From Escherichia phage ECO340P1: a stretch of DNA of 64,000 nt. This document shows positions 1-7,880 of this stretch, in pieces. A program made the position numbers and the translations under genes. Below the pieces are notes generated by a model that searched no databases, was not told the DNA's origin, and saw only the letters and a program-made list of their open reading frames with translations. Where the stretch lies: sequence record OP172791; one strand, written 5' to 3'. How positions within the stretch are numbered: position 1 is the stretch's first letter; every line of letters starts with the position of its first letter.

Positions 1-77
1 GGTTGATCTATAAGCTCAACATGCAAGCCGGATGATTCAGCGGTTTTAACGGCGGTTAATACTGTTGCAATACTCAT
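1..77 (-). CDS. hypothetical protein, partial (3-prime end beyond window start)
   Basis: ATG at 77 with SD AAAGGAAAAG; ORF runs off window; GC hairpin 98-113 upstream. Confidence 0.4.
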   Translation of the reverse strand, partial: MSIATVLTAVKTAESSGLHVELIDQ

Positions 78-97
78 AATCTTTTCCTTTCTGATGT

Positions 98-113
98 GGG
101 GCGTTGCCGCCCC
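98..113 (-). promoter_or_regulatory. GC hairpin in 5-prime UTR (cassette family, hairpin only)
   Basis: GGGGCG-TTGC-CGCCCC inverted repeat directly upstream of SD of gene 1-77. Confidence 0.4.
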
Positions 114-121
114 TTTGTTGA

Positions 122-421
122 TTAGATCGCTGTTTCCAGTAGTTCGGCTAACGTCTTACCGCCTGATAGTTGGTCTAACGTTTGCTCTTCTGGCAAGAAA
201 TTAGCTGATATTAATCCGACTTGATTTCCTTTGTGCCAATTAGCTTGACGGATGATTCCATCCTTTAAAGATTTTACCGCCATTGTGCAACCGTCGCCAA
301 ATGATTCATTTTTATGATCCATCACTTCATAAGCGCCCAGCTTGCTACTGTTAGGCACCATTAACGCGAATACATCACCAACAACCAGTTTTTCTACGGT
401 AATAATAGCGATAGTTTCCAT
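122..421 (-). CDS. hypothetical early protein (99 aa)
   Basis: ORF with SD GAGGAAAG directly after promoter-hairpin cassette. Confidence 0.6.
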   Translation of the reverse strand: METIAIITVEKLVVGDVFALMVPNSSKLGAYEVMDHKNESFGDGCTMAVKSLKDGIIRQANWHKGNQVGLISANFLPEEQTLDQLSGGKTLAELLETAI

Positions 422-439
422 TTTACTTTCCTCATTATC

Positions 440-496
440 GGCGGCACCATTGCCGCCCTACGTGGTAAATATTAGCACACTGGCGATCTGTGTCAA
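440..496 (-). promoter_or_regulatory. promoter-hairpin cassette for 122-421
   Basis: TTGACA 491-496, N16, TAATAT 469-474, hairpin GGCGGCA-CCAT-TGCCGCC 440-457. Confidence 0.6.
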
Positions 497-502
497 TACT
501 TT

Positions 503-889
503 TTATTCAATATAAATCAAATTATCTTCACCAATGTAAGCCGACACGTTCGGCATAAACTTAGCTGCATTGGTTAGGCGGTTGGCTGTGTTAGTGGTGT
601 ATATTTCAGGGCGATCCCAAAAGCCTACGCCGTGACCGTTACGGGTAAAATGTAAATCATTCCCGATCTGGTTGGCTGTTGCGCCGTCGCTCATTGCCTC
701 AGAGATAGCGGCAAGATTAGCATTAATAAAGGCTGTTACATCCTGGGCGATCCGTTGATCTGCGCTAGGAGAAAAATCATAATCGTCTAAGTTATCAATA
801 AAATTACCTTCATGATCCCTTGCTGATTCAGCAAAAATAAAGGCTTCTTTATAGCCGTTGATGATTTCAATAATGATTTCTGTTTTCAT
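503..889 (-). CDS. hypothetical protein (128 aa)
   Basis: ORF; ATGA start/stop overlap with upstream gene, co-transcribed. Confidence 0.6.
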   Translation of the reverse strand: MKTEIIIEIINGYKEAFIFAESARDHEGNFIDNLDDYDFSPSADQRIAQDVTAFINANLAAISEAMSDGATANQIGNDLHFTRNGHGVGFWDRPEIYTTNTANRLTNAAKFMPNVSAYIGEDNLIYIE

Positions 890-1110
890 GCTGTACGCTC
901 GACAATAATAATAGTTTGCGGGATCTCGTTTTCTACTACTAACAAGGCTTTTTTCTGTGTGATAGATATTTTAACACGTTGTAAAGTAGCGGTAAAATCT
1001 TTCATTTCATTATGCGCGGATTTAGTACAATGCCAGATCTCAGGCTTACCAACTTGTAAGCCGCGTAAAAATTCCGTTTTGCCTGTTTTGTTCGTGATCA
1101 TTTGTTTCAC
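886..1110 (-). CDS. hypothetical protein (74 aa)
   Basis: ORF with SD AAGGTGA. Confidence 0.55.
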   Translation of the reverse strand: MKQMITNKTGKTEFLRGLQVGKPEIWHCTKSAHNEMKDFTATLQRVKISITQKKALLVVENEIPQTIIIVERTA

Positions 1111-1111
1111 C

Positions 1112-1216
1112 TTAACCGATACCGTGGGAAGATAGGATCATATTAGCCATAGTTGCAACTACTCCAACCGATAACGCCAGGCCAACCACTGCAACCGTGA
1201 AAATTTTCTCTAACAT
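1112..1216 (-). CDS. small hydrophobic membrane peptide (34 aa)
   Basis: Track ORF trimmed to ATG 1216 after SD GAGGGT; longer track ORF would read through promoter and hairpin. Confidence 0.4.
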   Translation of the reverse strand: MLEKIFTVAVVGLALSVGVVATMANMILSSHGIG

Positions 1217-1235
1217 GATTCTACCCTCATTAATG

Positions 1236-1296
1236 GGCGTTGCACCATTGCCCCGCCCTACGTAATACACTTTACTAGATAACAAATTATTGTCAA
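1236..1296 (-). promoter_or_regulatory. promoter-hairpin cassette for 1112-1216 operon
   Basis: TTGACA 1291-1296, -10 TAAAGT, imperfect GC hairpin 1236-1258. Confidence 0.5.
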
Positions 1297-1299
1297 GCT

Positions 1300-1437
1300 T
1301 TATTTTACTTCCCAAACGGAAAATTCGCTGCCTGTTGGGATCATTTTTTTAATCTTGTTTGCTGCCGCTACCAGGTCAACGGCTTGTACTGTAATAATAT
1401 AACCAATTGTCGAGGCTGTTGCGTTGAAAGTTTTCAT
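1300..1437 (-). CDS. small hypothetical protein (45 aa)
   Basis: Unlisted short ORF with SD AAAGGG just after GC hairpin 1457-1474. Confidence 0.3.
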   Translation of the reverse strand: MKTFNATASTIGYIITVQAVDLVAAANKIKKMIPTGSEFSVWEVK

Positions 1438-1456
1438 TATATTGCCCTTTAATACA

Positions 1457-1474
1457 GGCGGGATTAATCCCGCC
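1457..1474 (-). promoter_or_regulatory. GC hairpin (cassette family, hairpin only)
   Basis: GGCGGGA-TTAA-TCCCGCC; no promoter hexamers adjacent. Confidence 0.4.
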
Positions 1475-1481
1475 TTTTTGA

Positions 1482-1652
1482 TTACTCTTCATTATCGCCG
1501 TTATAGTATTCAATGCCGTTTTCATCGGTTACGGTGATGTTAACGCCACCGATAGCAACACGATCACGGGCAAACGTCATAGCTTCATTTAAATCTTCAG
1601 ACCAAAAAATATTGTGACCTTTGCGCGATACATAAAACATAGTCGGGATCAT
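1482..1652 (-). CDS. hypothetical protein (56 aa)
   Basis: Track ORF trimmed; N-terminal YHIGRRNGPP is translation of the UTR hairpin. Confidence 0.5.
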   Translation of the reverse strand: MIPTMFYVSRKGHNIFWSEDLNEAMTFARDRVAIGGVNITVTDENGIEYYNGDNEE

Positions 1653-1674
1653 GATTTGTTTCTCTTCTGTTATG

Positions 1675-1736
1675 AGCGGTGGACCATTCCGCCGCCCTAT
1701 GTGGTAAACTTTACTACGTTGTTTGCCTGCTGTCAA
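1675..1736 (-). promoter_or_regulatory. promoter-hairpin cassette for 1482-1652
   Basis: TTGACA 1731-1736, N17, TAAAGT, GC hairpin 1675-1696. Confidence 0.55.
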
Positions 1737-1737
1737 A

Positions 1738-2022
1738 CTATTTTTTAATGTTTTGCCCTACAAAATCGATCACTTCCTTAAGCTGTCTCTCTGTCATGAT
1801 CGTACCTGGTAACTCTTCTTTAATTTCTTCCGGTAAATAGATATTACCGCGCCAGGTTAACAAACAACCGTTTTGATCTTCGCAGATAGAATAAGAAAAC
1901 ATCCACTCGCAATCATTTTCAAGCTCCCAAAAACACAAAAAGTCTTCTTTCCCTAAGTTTTCAACGGTTAAACATAATCCGCGACGTGCTGCATAATTAG
2001 TTAGGCTTTTTGTGATTTTCAT
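1738..2022 (-). CDS. hypothetical protein (94 aa)
   Basis: Track ORF trimmed to ATG after hairpin and GAGAG-type SD. Confidence 0.55.
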   Translation of the reverse strand: MKITKSLTNYAARRGLCLTVENLGKEDFLCFWELENDCEWMFSYSICEDQNGCLLTWRGNIYLPEEIKEELPGTIMTERQLKEVIDFVGQNIKK

Positions 2023-2043
2023 GATTTTTCTCTCTTCTTGTGA

Positions 2044-2099
2044 GCGGCACCATTGCCGCCCTACAAGATACATATTACCAGATTAAGCGGACTTGTCAA
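2044..2099 (-). promoter_or_regulatory. promoter-hairpin cassette for 1738-2022
   Basis: TTGACA 2094-2099, N16, TAATAT 2072-2077, hairpin 2044-2059. Confidence 0.6.
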
Positions 2100-2220
2100 A
2101 CTATTTTTTCTTTTTCTTTGCTTTCAATCGTCTAAGGTTACGGCTGGACTTATTGCGCAAGGCGCTTAGATCGTCGTACCCTTTCCATGCTTGCATATCT
2201 TTCGGATTCATGTTATCCCC

Positions 2221-2382
2221 TTACTTGTTAGCCGGATCATATACCAGGACCGCGCCGCTTGCTTTCACGCTTTCCGCTTCATAGTTGCGCAGATCGTTTT
2301 CTGTAAGATTGAGCGCGATCACTTCCTCGATCTCAACGCCAGCGGCAAGGGCGATCTCTTTGATAATATCTGTTGTTTTCAT
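2221..2382 (-). CDS. hypothetical protein (53 aa)
   Basis: ATG 2382 with SD AAGGTG. Confidence 0.45.
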   Translation of the reverse strand: MKTTDIIKEIALAAGVEIEEVIALNLTENDLRNYEAESVKASGAVLVYDPANK

Positions 2383-2392
2383 GGTGTGCACC

Positions 2393-2512
2393 TTATAAGA
2401 TGATTGATAAGATAGTGACAACGAAAGCGATTATACTGATGGCAAATGTCATCTTTTTACCTTCGGATACTGCCGGATTTTCTACCGTGTATTCTACTGT
2501 GTACTTGCTCAT
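2393..2512 (-). CDS. small membrane peptide (39 aa)
   Basis: Unlisted short ORF with SD GAGAGGA after cassette; hydrophobic C-terminus. Confidence 0.35.
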   Translation of the reverse strand: MSKYTVEYTVENPAVSEGKKMTFAISIIAFVVTILSIIL

Positions 2513-2535
2513 CGTGTAATCCTCTCGTTTGCTTT

Positions 2536-2592
2536 GGGAACTATTCCCGCCGCCCTATGAATTAAATATACACTATCTCAAAATGATTGCAA
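2536..2592 (-). promoter_or_regulatory. promoter-hairpin cassette for 2393-2512 and 2221-2382
   Basis: TTGCAA 2587-2592, N16, TATATT 2565-2570, hairpin GGGAA-CTA-TTCCC 2536-2548. Confidence 0.55.
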
Positions 2593-2610
2593 GCCTTTTT
2601 CTAAATTATT

Positions 2611-2895
2611 TTATTCAGTAAACAAACCATCATTTACAACGGCGGCGATGATCTCCCGTGCCATTGATTCAGGGAAAGGGGCGCTATAGTCCTGGCTTGT
2701 CTCATCGGTATCGGTGATCCAATGATAAGCTAACGAGTAAAAGCCTTTACTAACTGTTTTCAGTGAGATGATGATCACTCGGTCAAGCTTATTGGTGAAT
2801 GTTGCCGTTAATGTGTTACCCTCCTGCGTCATGTTGGACAAGTAAGCGAGATCATTAATCAGGGAAAACATTAGCACGGTGTTAGCTTTACTCAT
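2611..2895 (-). CDS. hypothetical protein (94 aa)
   Basis: Track ORF trimmed to ATG with SD GAGGATG after hairpin. Confidence 0.55.
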   Translation of the reverse strand: MSKANTVLMFSLINDLAYLSNMTQEGNTLTATFTNKLDRVIIISLKTVSKGFYSLAYHWITDTDETSQDYSAPFPESMAREIIAAVVNDGLFTE

Positions 2896-2915
2896 GATTG
2901 CATCCTCAAAGGGGC

Positions 2916-2970
2916 GCGGCACCATTGCCGCCCTACACGATAACTATAACACAATGTAAAACAGGGTCAA
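2916..2970 (-). promoter_or_regulatory. promoter-hairpin cassette for 2611-2895
   Basis: TTGACC 2965-2970, N16, TATAGT 2943-2948, hairpin 2916-2931. Confidence 0.6.
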
Positions 2971-3173
2971 CCTTTATTTTTCCACGGTGTCAGCTTGTTA
3001 ATCATTGGTGATAAATAGCGTTTACCAACGTAAAACAGTACGCCAACTGATGCAACGGCGGCGACCTCATGCATAGCCGACGGGAAACGGGTATCATAAT
3101 AAGATCCAATAATAGCAATAGCGGCAACGGCTGCAACGTCGATAATGATTTTCTCTTGTTTTGCGGTGATCAT
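2967..3173 (-). CDS. small membrane protein (68 aa)
   Basis: ORF with hydrophobic stretch; cassette upstream. Confidence 0.5.
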   Translation of the reverse strand: MITAKQEKIIIDVAAVAAIAIIGSYYDTRFPSAMHEVAAVASVGVLFYVGKRYLSPMINKLTPWKNKG

Positions 3174-3195
3174 AGTATTTACCTTTTTGTATGGT

Positions 3196-3252
3196 GGGGA
3201 ACTATTCCCCGCCTGATGTAATACAGTTTAACAGGTCCGGTTATGGTGTCAA
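3196..3252 (-). promoter_or_regulatory. promoter-hairpin cassette for 2967-3173
   Basis: TTGACA 3247-3252, N16, TAAACT 3225-3230, hairpin GGGGAA-CTA-TTCCCC. Confidence 0.6.
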
Positions 3253-3258
3253 CCACTT

Positions 3259-3444
3259 TTAAAGATATTTTATGCTAATGACGTTTTCAGGTTTTACCTT
3301 GTTATGATGTGCATCAACATAGATCAAACCATCGTCAGAAAAGCCCAGGATCACGCCCTGCGCGATAAAACCGTACTCGTCACGGTAACGCACGGCTATT
3401 TTTAATGTTGCGTTGTAGGCTGTTTTAAGCTCGTTTAAAGTCAT
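3259..3444 (-). CDS. hypothetical protein (61 aa)
   Basis: ORF with SD GAGGATAAA. Confidence 0.5.
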   Translation of the reverse strand: MTLNELKTAYNATLKIAVRYRDEYGFIAQGVILGFSDDGLIYVDAHHNKVKPENVISIKYL

Positions 3445-3463
3445 TTTTGTTTATCCTCTACAT

Positions 3464-3491
3464 GTAAAAAGAAAGGGCGCTTGATGCGCCC
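3464..3491 (-). terminator. rho-independent terminator (minus strand)
   Basis: GGGCGC-ATCAA-GCGCCC hairpin followed by TTTCTTTTT on minus strand. Confidence 0.6.
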
Positions 3492-3499
3492 TTGTTATG

Positions 3500-3646
3500 T
3501 TAATCCTCTAAATCCATCCAATTATATTTGTCACTCTTCCCGCGCTTTGTTTTATTACGCTTGTCACCTTTGCGGATCACTTCCTCGTTCCAGGCCTTGC
3601 GGATCTTGGAAGATTGAATTTTTTCTGCGCGATTAGATGTATTCAT
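3500..3646 (-). CDS. small basic protein (48 aa)
   Basis: Unlisted ORF with SD AAGAGGAAA after cassette; Lys/Arg-rich; followed by terminator. Confidence 0.4.
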   Translation of the reverse strand: MNTSNRAEKIQSSKIRKAWNEEVIRKGDKRNKTKRGKSDKYNWMDLED

Positions 3647-3666
3647 TTTGTTTCCTCTTTATATGA

Positions 3667-3719
3667 GCGGCACCATTGCCGCTATATTGTTAATTTAAAC
3701 TGTTTTGTAAAATTGTCAA
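3667..3719 (-). promoter_or_regulatory. promoter-hairpin cassette for 3500-3646
   Basis: TTGACA 3714-3719, N16, TAAATT 3692-3697, hairpin 3667-3682. Confidence 0.55.
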
Positions 3720-3725
3720 GGTTTA

Positions 3726-4079
3726 TCATTCATAAGAGCAAGCAAGGATCACGCCTGCAATATAAAGCCAATAATTTTCCCTTTCTCGTTGGATTTTATC
3801 ATCGCTGCTATTCTCTTTAATGTATCCCCAGGATGTTAACAAGCGATCAATTTCCCAATATTCGAAAGCTATATTAATATCTGATGGCAAACCTTGTAAC
3901 CATGATGCAAGTGCTTTAACAATACTATAATTAAAACGTGATTGATTATCAGGGTACCAGTACTCGGAATTAAAACGGCGCATCAATTCCGCGATCTTCT
4001 CTTTTTCGGTTGTAATACCGTAATCATTAAAATCGATAGCGGCAAGGATGTACTCTTTAATTGCATTTTGTGCTTTCAT
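3726..4079 (-). CDS. hypothetical protein (117 aa)
   Basis: ORF downstream of cassette. Confidence 0.6.
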   Translation of the reverse strand: MKAQNAIKEYILAAIDFNDYGITTEKEKIAELMRRFNSEYWYPDNQSRFNYSIVKALASWLQGLPSDINIAFEYWEIDRLLTSWGYIKENSSDDKIQRERENYWLYIAGVILACSYE

Positions 4080-4097
4080 GGTCTTTCTCTCTTTTTA

Positions 4098-4154
4098 GCG
4101 GGAACTATTCCCGCCCTACGTGTAACAGTTTACTGAAAATTAAATCCGTGTCAA
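4098..4154 (-). promoter_or_regulatory. promoter-hairpin cassette for 3726-4079
   Basis: TTGACA 4149-4154, N16, TAAACT 4127-4132, hairpin GCGGGAA-CTA-TTCCCGC 4098-4114. Confidence 0.6.
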
Positions 4155-4157
4155 GCT

Positions 4158-4379
4158 TTATTTTGTTACTACCATTTGGTACCCTGTTTCAATGTTAGTA
4201 AATACTGTTATCCCGTCCTGGCGTTCACTCATTAGCATACAAGGCGCTAACATCCTTTCTACTGCCTTGCACTCATTGTAAACGGCGGTTATGTCTCCTG
4301 CGGCCTTGTCTTCTGTGGTGAATGTATCGTTTATGTAAACTTGACTAGCGACAACGGCGACAATAGCGAAAGTGATCAT
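4158..4379 (-). CDS. hypothetical protein (73 aa)
   Basis: ORF; weak SD. Confidence 0.5.
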   Translation of the reverse strand: MITFAIVAVVASQVYINDTFTTEDKAAGDITAVYNECKAVERMLAPCMLMSERQDGITVFTNIETGYQMVVTK

Positions 4380-4452
4380 GATATTTTTCTCTTTATGTGT
4401 TTCTATTAGTTGATATTACAGCAATTCGCAGATTATTTTTTAGCAATTCGTG

Positions 4453-4671
4453 CTATTTACTCATAACAGTATCGAAAACAAATTTTTCTTTGTTGTCAAA
4501 GCTCACGTATCCGATTCTACCACGCAAGCCGCAAGTAGTGCCGTATTCGTAACCGTCAAGACCTTTAACCTTCCAATCCACGCCCATTAAAACCGCATTA
4601 TATTTCTGACCAACTACAAACGCGCCACCAGTTGATTCAATGCAAACAACTTTAATTTTACGGATTGCCAT
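4453..4671 (-). CDS. hypothetical protein (72 aa)
   Basis: ORF downstream of promoter TTGACT-N16-TACAAT. Confidence 0.55.
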   Translation of the reverse strand: MAIRKIKVVCIESTGGAFVVGQKYNAVLMGVDWKVKGLDGYEYGTTCGLRGRIGYVSFDNKEKFVFDTVMSK

Positions 4672-4708
4672 TTTCTTTCTCTCTTTCTGGTGATTGGTTT
4701 CTCTTCTC

Positions 4709-4746
4709 TATAGCGCCCATTGTAAGGCGCTATAACGAAAAGTCAA
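4709..4746 (-). promoter_or_regulatory. promoter with overlapping 9-bp inverted repeat, for 4453-4671
   Basis: TTGACT 4741-4746, N16, TACAAT inside TATAGCGCC-N8-GGCGCTATA dyad 4709-4734. Confidence 0.5.
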
Positions 4747-4749
4747 CGA

Positions 4750-4917
4750 TTATTTTTTAAGGCTTAAAGTACCTAACTTGTCAGCATGACGCAGACCAGG
4801 GAATATCCATTTGCCTGACTCATCTTTCACCGGGGCTTTAAGCGTAGCGCCCAGGTTGGCGGCGTTAACTTTACGTGCAACGTTGCGAGCGGCTTCACGG
4901 GTAGCGAAAGTGATCAT
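4750..4917 (-). CDS. small hypothetical protein (55 aa)
   Basis: Unlisted ORF with SD AGAGGAAAA after cassette. Confidence 0.45.
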   Translation of the reverse strand: MITFATREAARNVARKVNAANLGATLKAPVKDESGKWIFPGLRHADKLGTLSLKK

Positions 4918-4941
4918 GGTGTTTTCCTCTTCTCTTTGTTA

Positions 4942-5003
4942 GGCGGTGGACCATTCCGCCGCCTTGATGTAATACAGTTTACTTTATTTTATTAAGATTG
5001 CAA
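4942..5003 (-). promoter_or_regulatory. promoter-hairpin cassette for 4750-4917
   Basis: TTGCAA 4998-5003, N16, TAAACT 4976-4981, GC inverted repeat 4942-4963. Confidence 0.55.
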
Positions 5004-5009
5004 GCGGTT

Positions 5010-5225
5010 TTATGAAATAATTGTCAAAGTAAAATCATAAGACTGATTTAATTTATATTGTACTTTATTGCCGTAGTAGTCACCTTTACGTAAAGATCCG
5101 CGAATACCTATCACATCCTTTACATCTTTAAGATTTTTTACGCCTGTAATGTCTTTATTGAAATACTCGTCATCTGAAAATAAAACTTGACTTGCATTTT
5201 TTAACAGTGTACGGATATTAGCCAT
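5010..5225 (-). CDS. hypothetical protein (71 aa)
   Basis: ORF downstream of cassette. Confidence 0.55.
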   Translation of the reverse strand: MANIRTLLKNASQVLFSDDEYFNKDITGVKNLKDVKDVIGIRGSLRKGDYYGNKVQYKLNQSYDFTLTIIS

Positions 5226-5250
5226 CGTGATAATCTCTCTTCTGTTGTGA

Positions 5251-5306
5251 GCGGCACTATTGCCGCCCTACGTAATACAGTTTACTCTTTTTCTTTCCGG
5301 TGTCAA
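5251..5306 (-). promoter_or_regulatory. promoter-hairpin cassette for 5010-5225
   Basis: TTGACA 5301-5306, N16, TAAACT 5279-5284, hairpin 5251-5266. Confidence 0.6.
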
Positions 5307-5315
5307 CAATCTTTT

Positions 5316-5543
5316 TCAGATTAATTCATCCAGGCATAACAGGCGATCAACGTTGAGATCGGTTAGGCTGATGGTTGGCACCTGGTAGGATTCGATGTAC
5401 TCGACGCTTGCATATTCCCCAAAATTAGCAACAGCCCACTTATTCAAGATCTCACATACATCATTAATCTTTTTGTTTGTTACAACTGCAATGACCTGGG
5501 AAGTGCCAACGGTGCCGGATACGCGAACAATATTGATAGCCAT
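5316..5543 (-). CDS. hypothetical protein (75 aa)
   Basis: ORF downstream of cassette. Confidence 0.55.
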   Translation of the reverse strand: MAINIVRVSGTVGTSQVIAVVTNKKINDVCEILNKWAVANFGEYASVEYIESYQVPTISLTDLNVDRLLCLDELI

Positions 5544-5565
5544 AATCTTTAATCTCTCTGTTTTG

Positions 5566-5624
5566 GCGGGAAACCACTTCCCGCCCTATGTGATACATCT
5601 TACACTAATTTTAAACGTTGTCAA
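5566..5624 (-). promoter_or_regulatory. promoter-hairpin cassette for 5316-5543
   Basis: TTGACA 5619-5624, N16, TAAGAT, hairpin GGCGGGAA-N5-TTCCCGCC 5566-5586. Confidence 0.6.
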
Positions 5625-5633
5625 CTGTTTTTA

Positions 5634-5873
5634 TTACATTCCAACCATCGCGGCACGGATCGCAGTAGTGCTATATTTGAAACCGTCTGGCGTTTTATCT
5701 TGTCCAGTTTGTTCCAGAAAAAGCATCATATCCCGCGCCGCATCATTACGATTAGCATTAGCGTTAATAAAATCTTGGGCCAACCGGTATAACGATTCAT
5801 CGTTATTAATCCAAAGGCTTACATTCCAATGAGTTTTGTTTTTGTGACCGTTGTACATTTTAGATTTAGCCAT
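5634..5873 (-). CDS. hypothetical protein (79 aa)
   Basis: ORF downstream of cassette. Confidence 0.55.
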   Translation of the reverse strand: MAKSKMYNGHKNKTHWNVSLWINNDESLYRLAQDFINANANRNDAARDMMLFLEQTGQDKTPDGFKYSTTAIRAAMVGM

Positions 5874-5897
5874 GATTTTTCTCTCTTTTTCAGTGAG

Positions 5898-5956
5898 GCG
5901 GGAAGTGTTCCCGCTCTCTATGTAATACAGTTTACTCTTTTTATTCGTGCTGTCAA
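5898..5956 (-). promoter_or_regulatory. promoter-hairpin cassette for 5634-5873
   Basis: TTGACA 5951-5956, N16, TAAACT 5929-5934, hairpin 5898-5914. Confidence 0.6.
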
Positions 5957-5962
5957 TGCTTT

Positions 5963-6328
5963 TTATAAATCTTTTTTACGTTTTACATCGCTCGCATGAC
6001 TGTATACAGTGATCCCATTGTCACGGCAAAAACGGGAAAGATACGCGCCGCGTGAAAACTCTTTACCTTCCATATTAATAACCTTGCTAAATTCTTCCAG
6101 GGCGACGGTATCAAAATGATCACCATAGCCATATTGAAACGGAACGTTAACCACCTCGATCAGTTTACCGCCGATCTCAACGTCAACCATTAAAGAAAAA
6201 TATGTGTTACCGTAGGACTGTTGAAACCAGCGACGGGCGCTAATGTGCACCGCTTCAATGCTGGATAATTCAATTTTAGCCGTGTTAGCCAGGGTAGCAT
6301 AAGCGGAAACATTGATATTAATAGCCAT
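5963..6328 (-). CDS. hypothetical protein (121 aa)
   Basis: ORF downstream of cassette. Confidence 0.6.
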   Translation of the reverse strand: MAININVSAYATLANTAKIELSSIEAVHISARRWFQQSYGNTYFSLMVDVEIGGKLIEVVNVPFQYGYGDHFDTVALEEFSKVINMEGKEFSRGAYLSRFCRDNGITVYSHASDVKRKKDL

Positions 6329-6354
6329 GATGATAATCTCTCTTTTTGGTTAGT

Positions 6355-6406
6355 GGGAAGTATTCCCGATAAAAGTTATTATGCTTATACTATCACTCAT
6401 TGTCAA
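6355..6406 (-). promoter_or_regulatory. promoter-hairpin cassette for 5963-6328
   Basis: TTGACA 6401-6406, N17, CATAAT 6378-6383, hairpin GGGAA-GTA-TTCCC. Confidence 0.55.
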
Positions 6407-6425
6407 TAGTATAAGACTAAAACTT

Positions 6426-6605
6426 TTAACGATAATCGTTATAGGCTTTATTGACCTGGCGAATGTAACATTCGAAAGCAAGATCAATGTATTCGTATTC
6501 ACGCACATAATCACCATAGGTCACTACATACATTTTTAAAGTTTCCTCATAAGCCAGGAGGATCGAATCTAAACCTATAATCTCAGTTTTTGCAATGATA
6601 GCCAT
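6426..6605 (-). CDS. small hypothetical protein (59 aa)
   Basis: Unlisted ORF with SD AAAAGG after cassette. Confidence 0.45.
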   Translation of the reverse strand: MAIIAKTEIIGLDSILLAYEETLKMYVVTYGDYVREYEYIDLAFECYIRQVNKAYNDYR

Positions 6606-6625
6606 GATGTTAACCTTTTATTGTT

Positions 6626-6682
6626 GGCGGCACCATTGCCGCCCTACGTGATAAACTATACCAGAAGTTTAAACAGTGTCAA
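6626..6682 (-). promoter_or_regulatory. promoter-hairpin cassette for 6426-6605
   Basis: TTGACA 6677-6682, N16, TATAGT 6655-6660, hairpin 6626-6643. Confidence 0.6.
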
Positions 6683-6688
6683 CCGTTT

Positions 6689-7051
6689 TTATTCGTAAAT
6701 TTTACCGCTTTCGGCCCATACCATAACGCGGCGCATACTATCCCAAGTGTTTTGATCCAGGTTTAATCCGTGCAATTCTTCGGTACTTCCCAGACCAGGT
6801 ACCGCCTTGTTGTAAGTTGCATATAAGCGCCCTTGATACTCATACGCCAGGGTGAGATCCGTTTGAATCATCTTTTTAAGCATAGCATTAAGCATCATAT
6901 TAGCGGCATGTTGATCACGTTTTAGCGGTAACATATCAATAAGGGCGCGATAAGCTGAAACATGAATATCAACCGTTTCACGTGGTAAATTTTTCATCTC
7001 ATCGCGGAAAGATACCAGATTAAACATGATAGTATTGATTTGCTTGCTCAT
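6689..7051 (-). CDS. hypothetical protein (120 aa)
   Basis: Track ORF trimmed to ATG with SD AAAGGG after hairpin. Confidence 0.6.
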   Translation of the reverse strand: MSKQINTIMFNLVSFRDEMKNLPRETVDIHVSAYRALIDMLPLKRDQHAANMMLNAMLKKMIQTDLTLAYEYQGRLYATYNKAVPGLGSTEELHGLNLDQNTWDSMRRVMVWAESGKIYE

Positions 7052-7074
7052 TGTGTTACCCTTTTTTTGTTTTG

Positions 7075-7134
7075 GCGGGGAAGTATTCCGCCGCCCTATG
7101 TGATACATCTTATCAGATTAAAAAACGTTGTCAA
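7075..7134 (-). promoter_or_regulatory. promoter-hairpin cassette for 6689-7051
   Basis: TTGACA 7129-7134, N16, TAAGAT 7107-7112, GC inverted repeat 7075-7096. Confidence 0.6.
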
Positions 7135-7143
7135 GAATATTTT

Positions 7144-7239
7144 TTAGAAAATAATAGCCGCTACTACAACCCAAAATGGAACGGCGAAAATGAGAGCGTT
7201 AATCGTTCCAACCGTCAAGCTATTTTCTTTATTAATCAT
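7144..7239 (-). CDS. small hydrophobic peptide (31 aa)
   Basis: Unlisted ORF with SD AGAGGC after a full cassette. Confidence 0.3.
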   Translation of the reverse strand: MINKENSLTVGTINALIFAVPFWVVVAAIIF

Positions 7240-7268
7240 TGTAAGCCTCTTGCATAATTTCACTATGA

Positions 7269-7325
7269 GCGGCACCATTGCCGCCCTACGTGGTAAATAT
7301 TATGCCAGTGGCGGCGATATGTCAA
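7269..7325 (-). promoter_or_regulatory. promoter-hairpin cassette for 7144-7239
   Basis: TTGACA 7320-7325, N17, TAATAT 7297-7302, hairpin 7269-7284. Confidence 0.55.
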
Positions 7326-7879
7326 AGACTATTTTCAAAGTTTTCTAGTGCGATCCTTTTTTCTTCCTCTGTCGGCTGATAATCAGGAAAAGCATCAACA
7401 CACAACAACGGCGGGATCTCTTCGTACTCTTCCTCTTCCGTTGTCTCCTCGTCTTCCTCCTGGGCTATGGCTGCAATTTTGGCTAATTTTCTTTCGGCTT
7501 GAATCAATTTACCATCAAGTACGTTTTTTGCCATGTTGTAAGCGGTCCAGGTGATGCGCTTACTTTCCAGGGCTTGATCGAGCGCCGCTATCTTGCTGGG
7601 GTATTCATCCAGGACACGAAAAGCCGGATCAATTTTGTACAAAGGATTATCTTTCGCGCCGTCGCTCGCATCTTCCGCACTGGATAAATCAGCGTTACCA
7701 TTTGCCAGCCAGCCAGGGCGCACATAACGCGCTTTTACGTTGCCGTTACTACGTGCTAACCTGTTACCTATTTGCTCACCGCTATATCCCGTGGATTCAT
7801 CGATAAGATGATCGGGAATGATGCGCGGATCATCTGCTTCATGTTTTACCCAAGACTGGATCACATATTCGCGGCCCAT
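7322..7879 (-). CDS. hypothetical protein with acidic C-terminal region (185 aa)
   Basis: ATG 7879 with SD AAGGTGG (track start is GTG); Glu-rich stretch EEDEETTEEEEYEE. Confidence 0.6.
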   Translation of the reverse strand: MGREYVIQSWVKHEADDPRIIPDHLIDESTGYSGEQIGNRLARSNGNVKARYVRPGWLANGNADLSSAEDASDGAKDNPLYKIDPAFRVLDEYPSKIAALDQALESKRITWTAYNMAKNVLDGKLIQAERKLAKIAAIAQEEDEETTEEEEYEEIPPLLCVDAFPDYQPTEEEKRIALENFENSL

Positions 7880-7880
7880 A

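Noticed and set aside
1457-1480. Hairpin plus T-run read as a plus-strand terminator
   Set aside because: No plus-strand transcription unit ends here; the hairpin belongs to the minus-strand UTR hairpin family and precedes a small minus-strand ORF.
5395-5832. 145 aa plus-strand ORF
   Set aside because: Runs antisense across two minus-strand genes and their promoter cassette; no ribosome-binding site.
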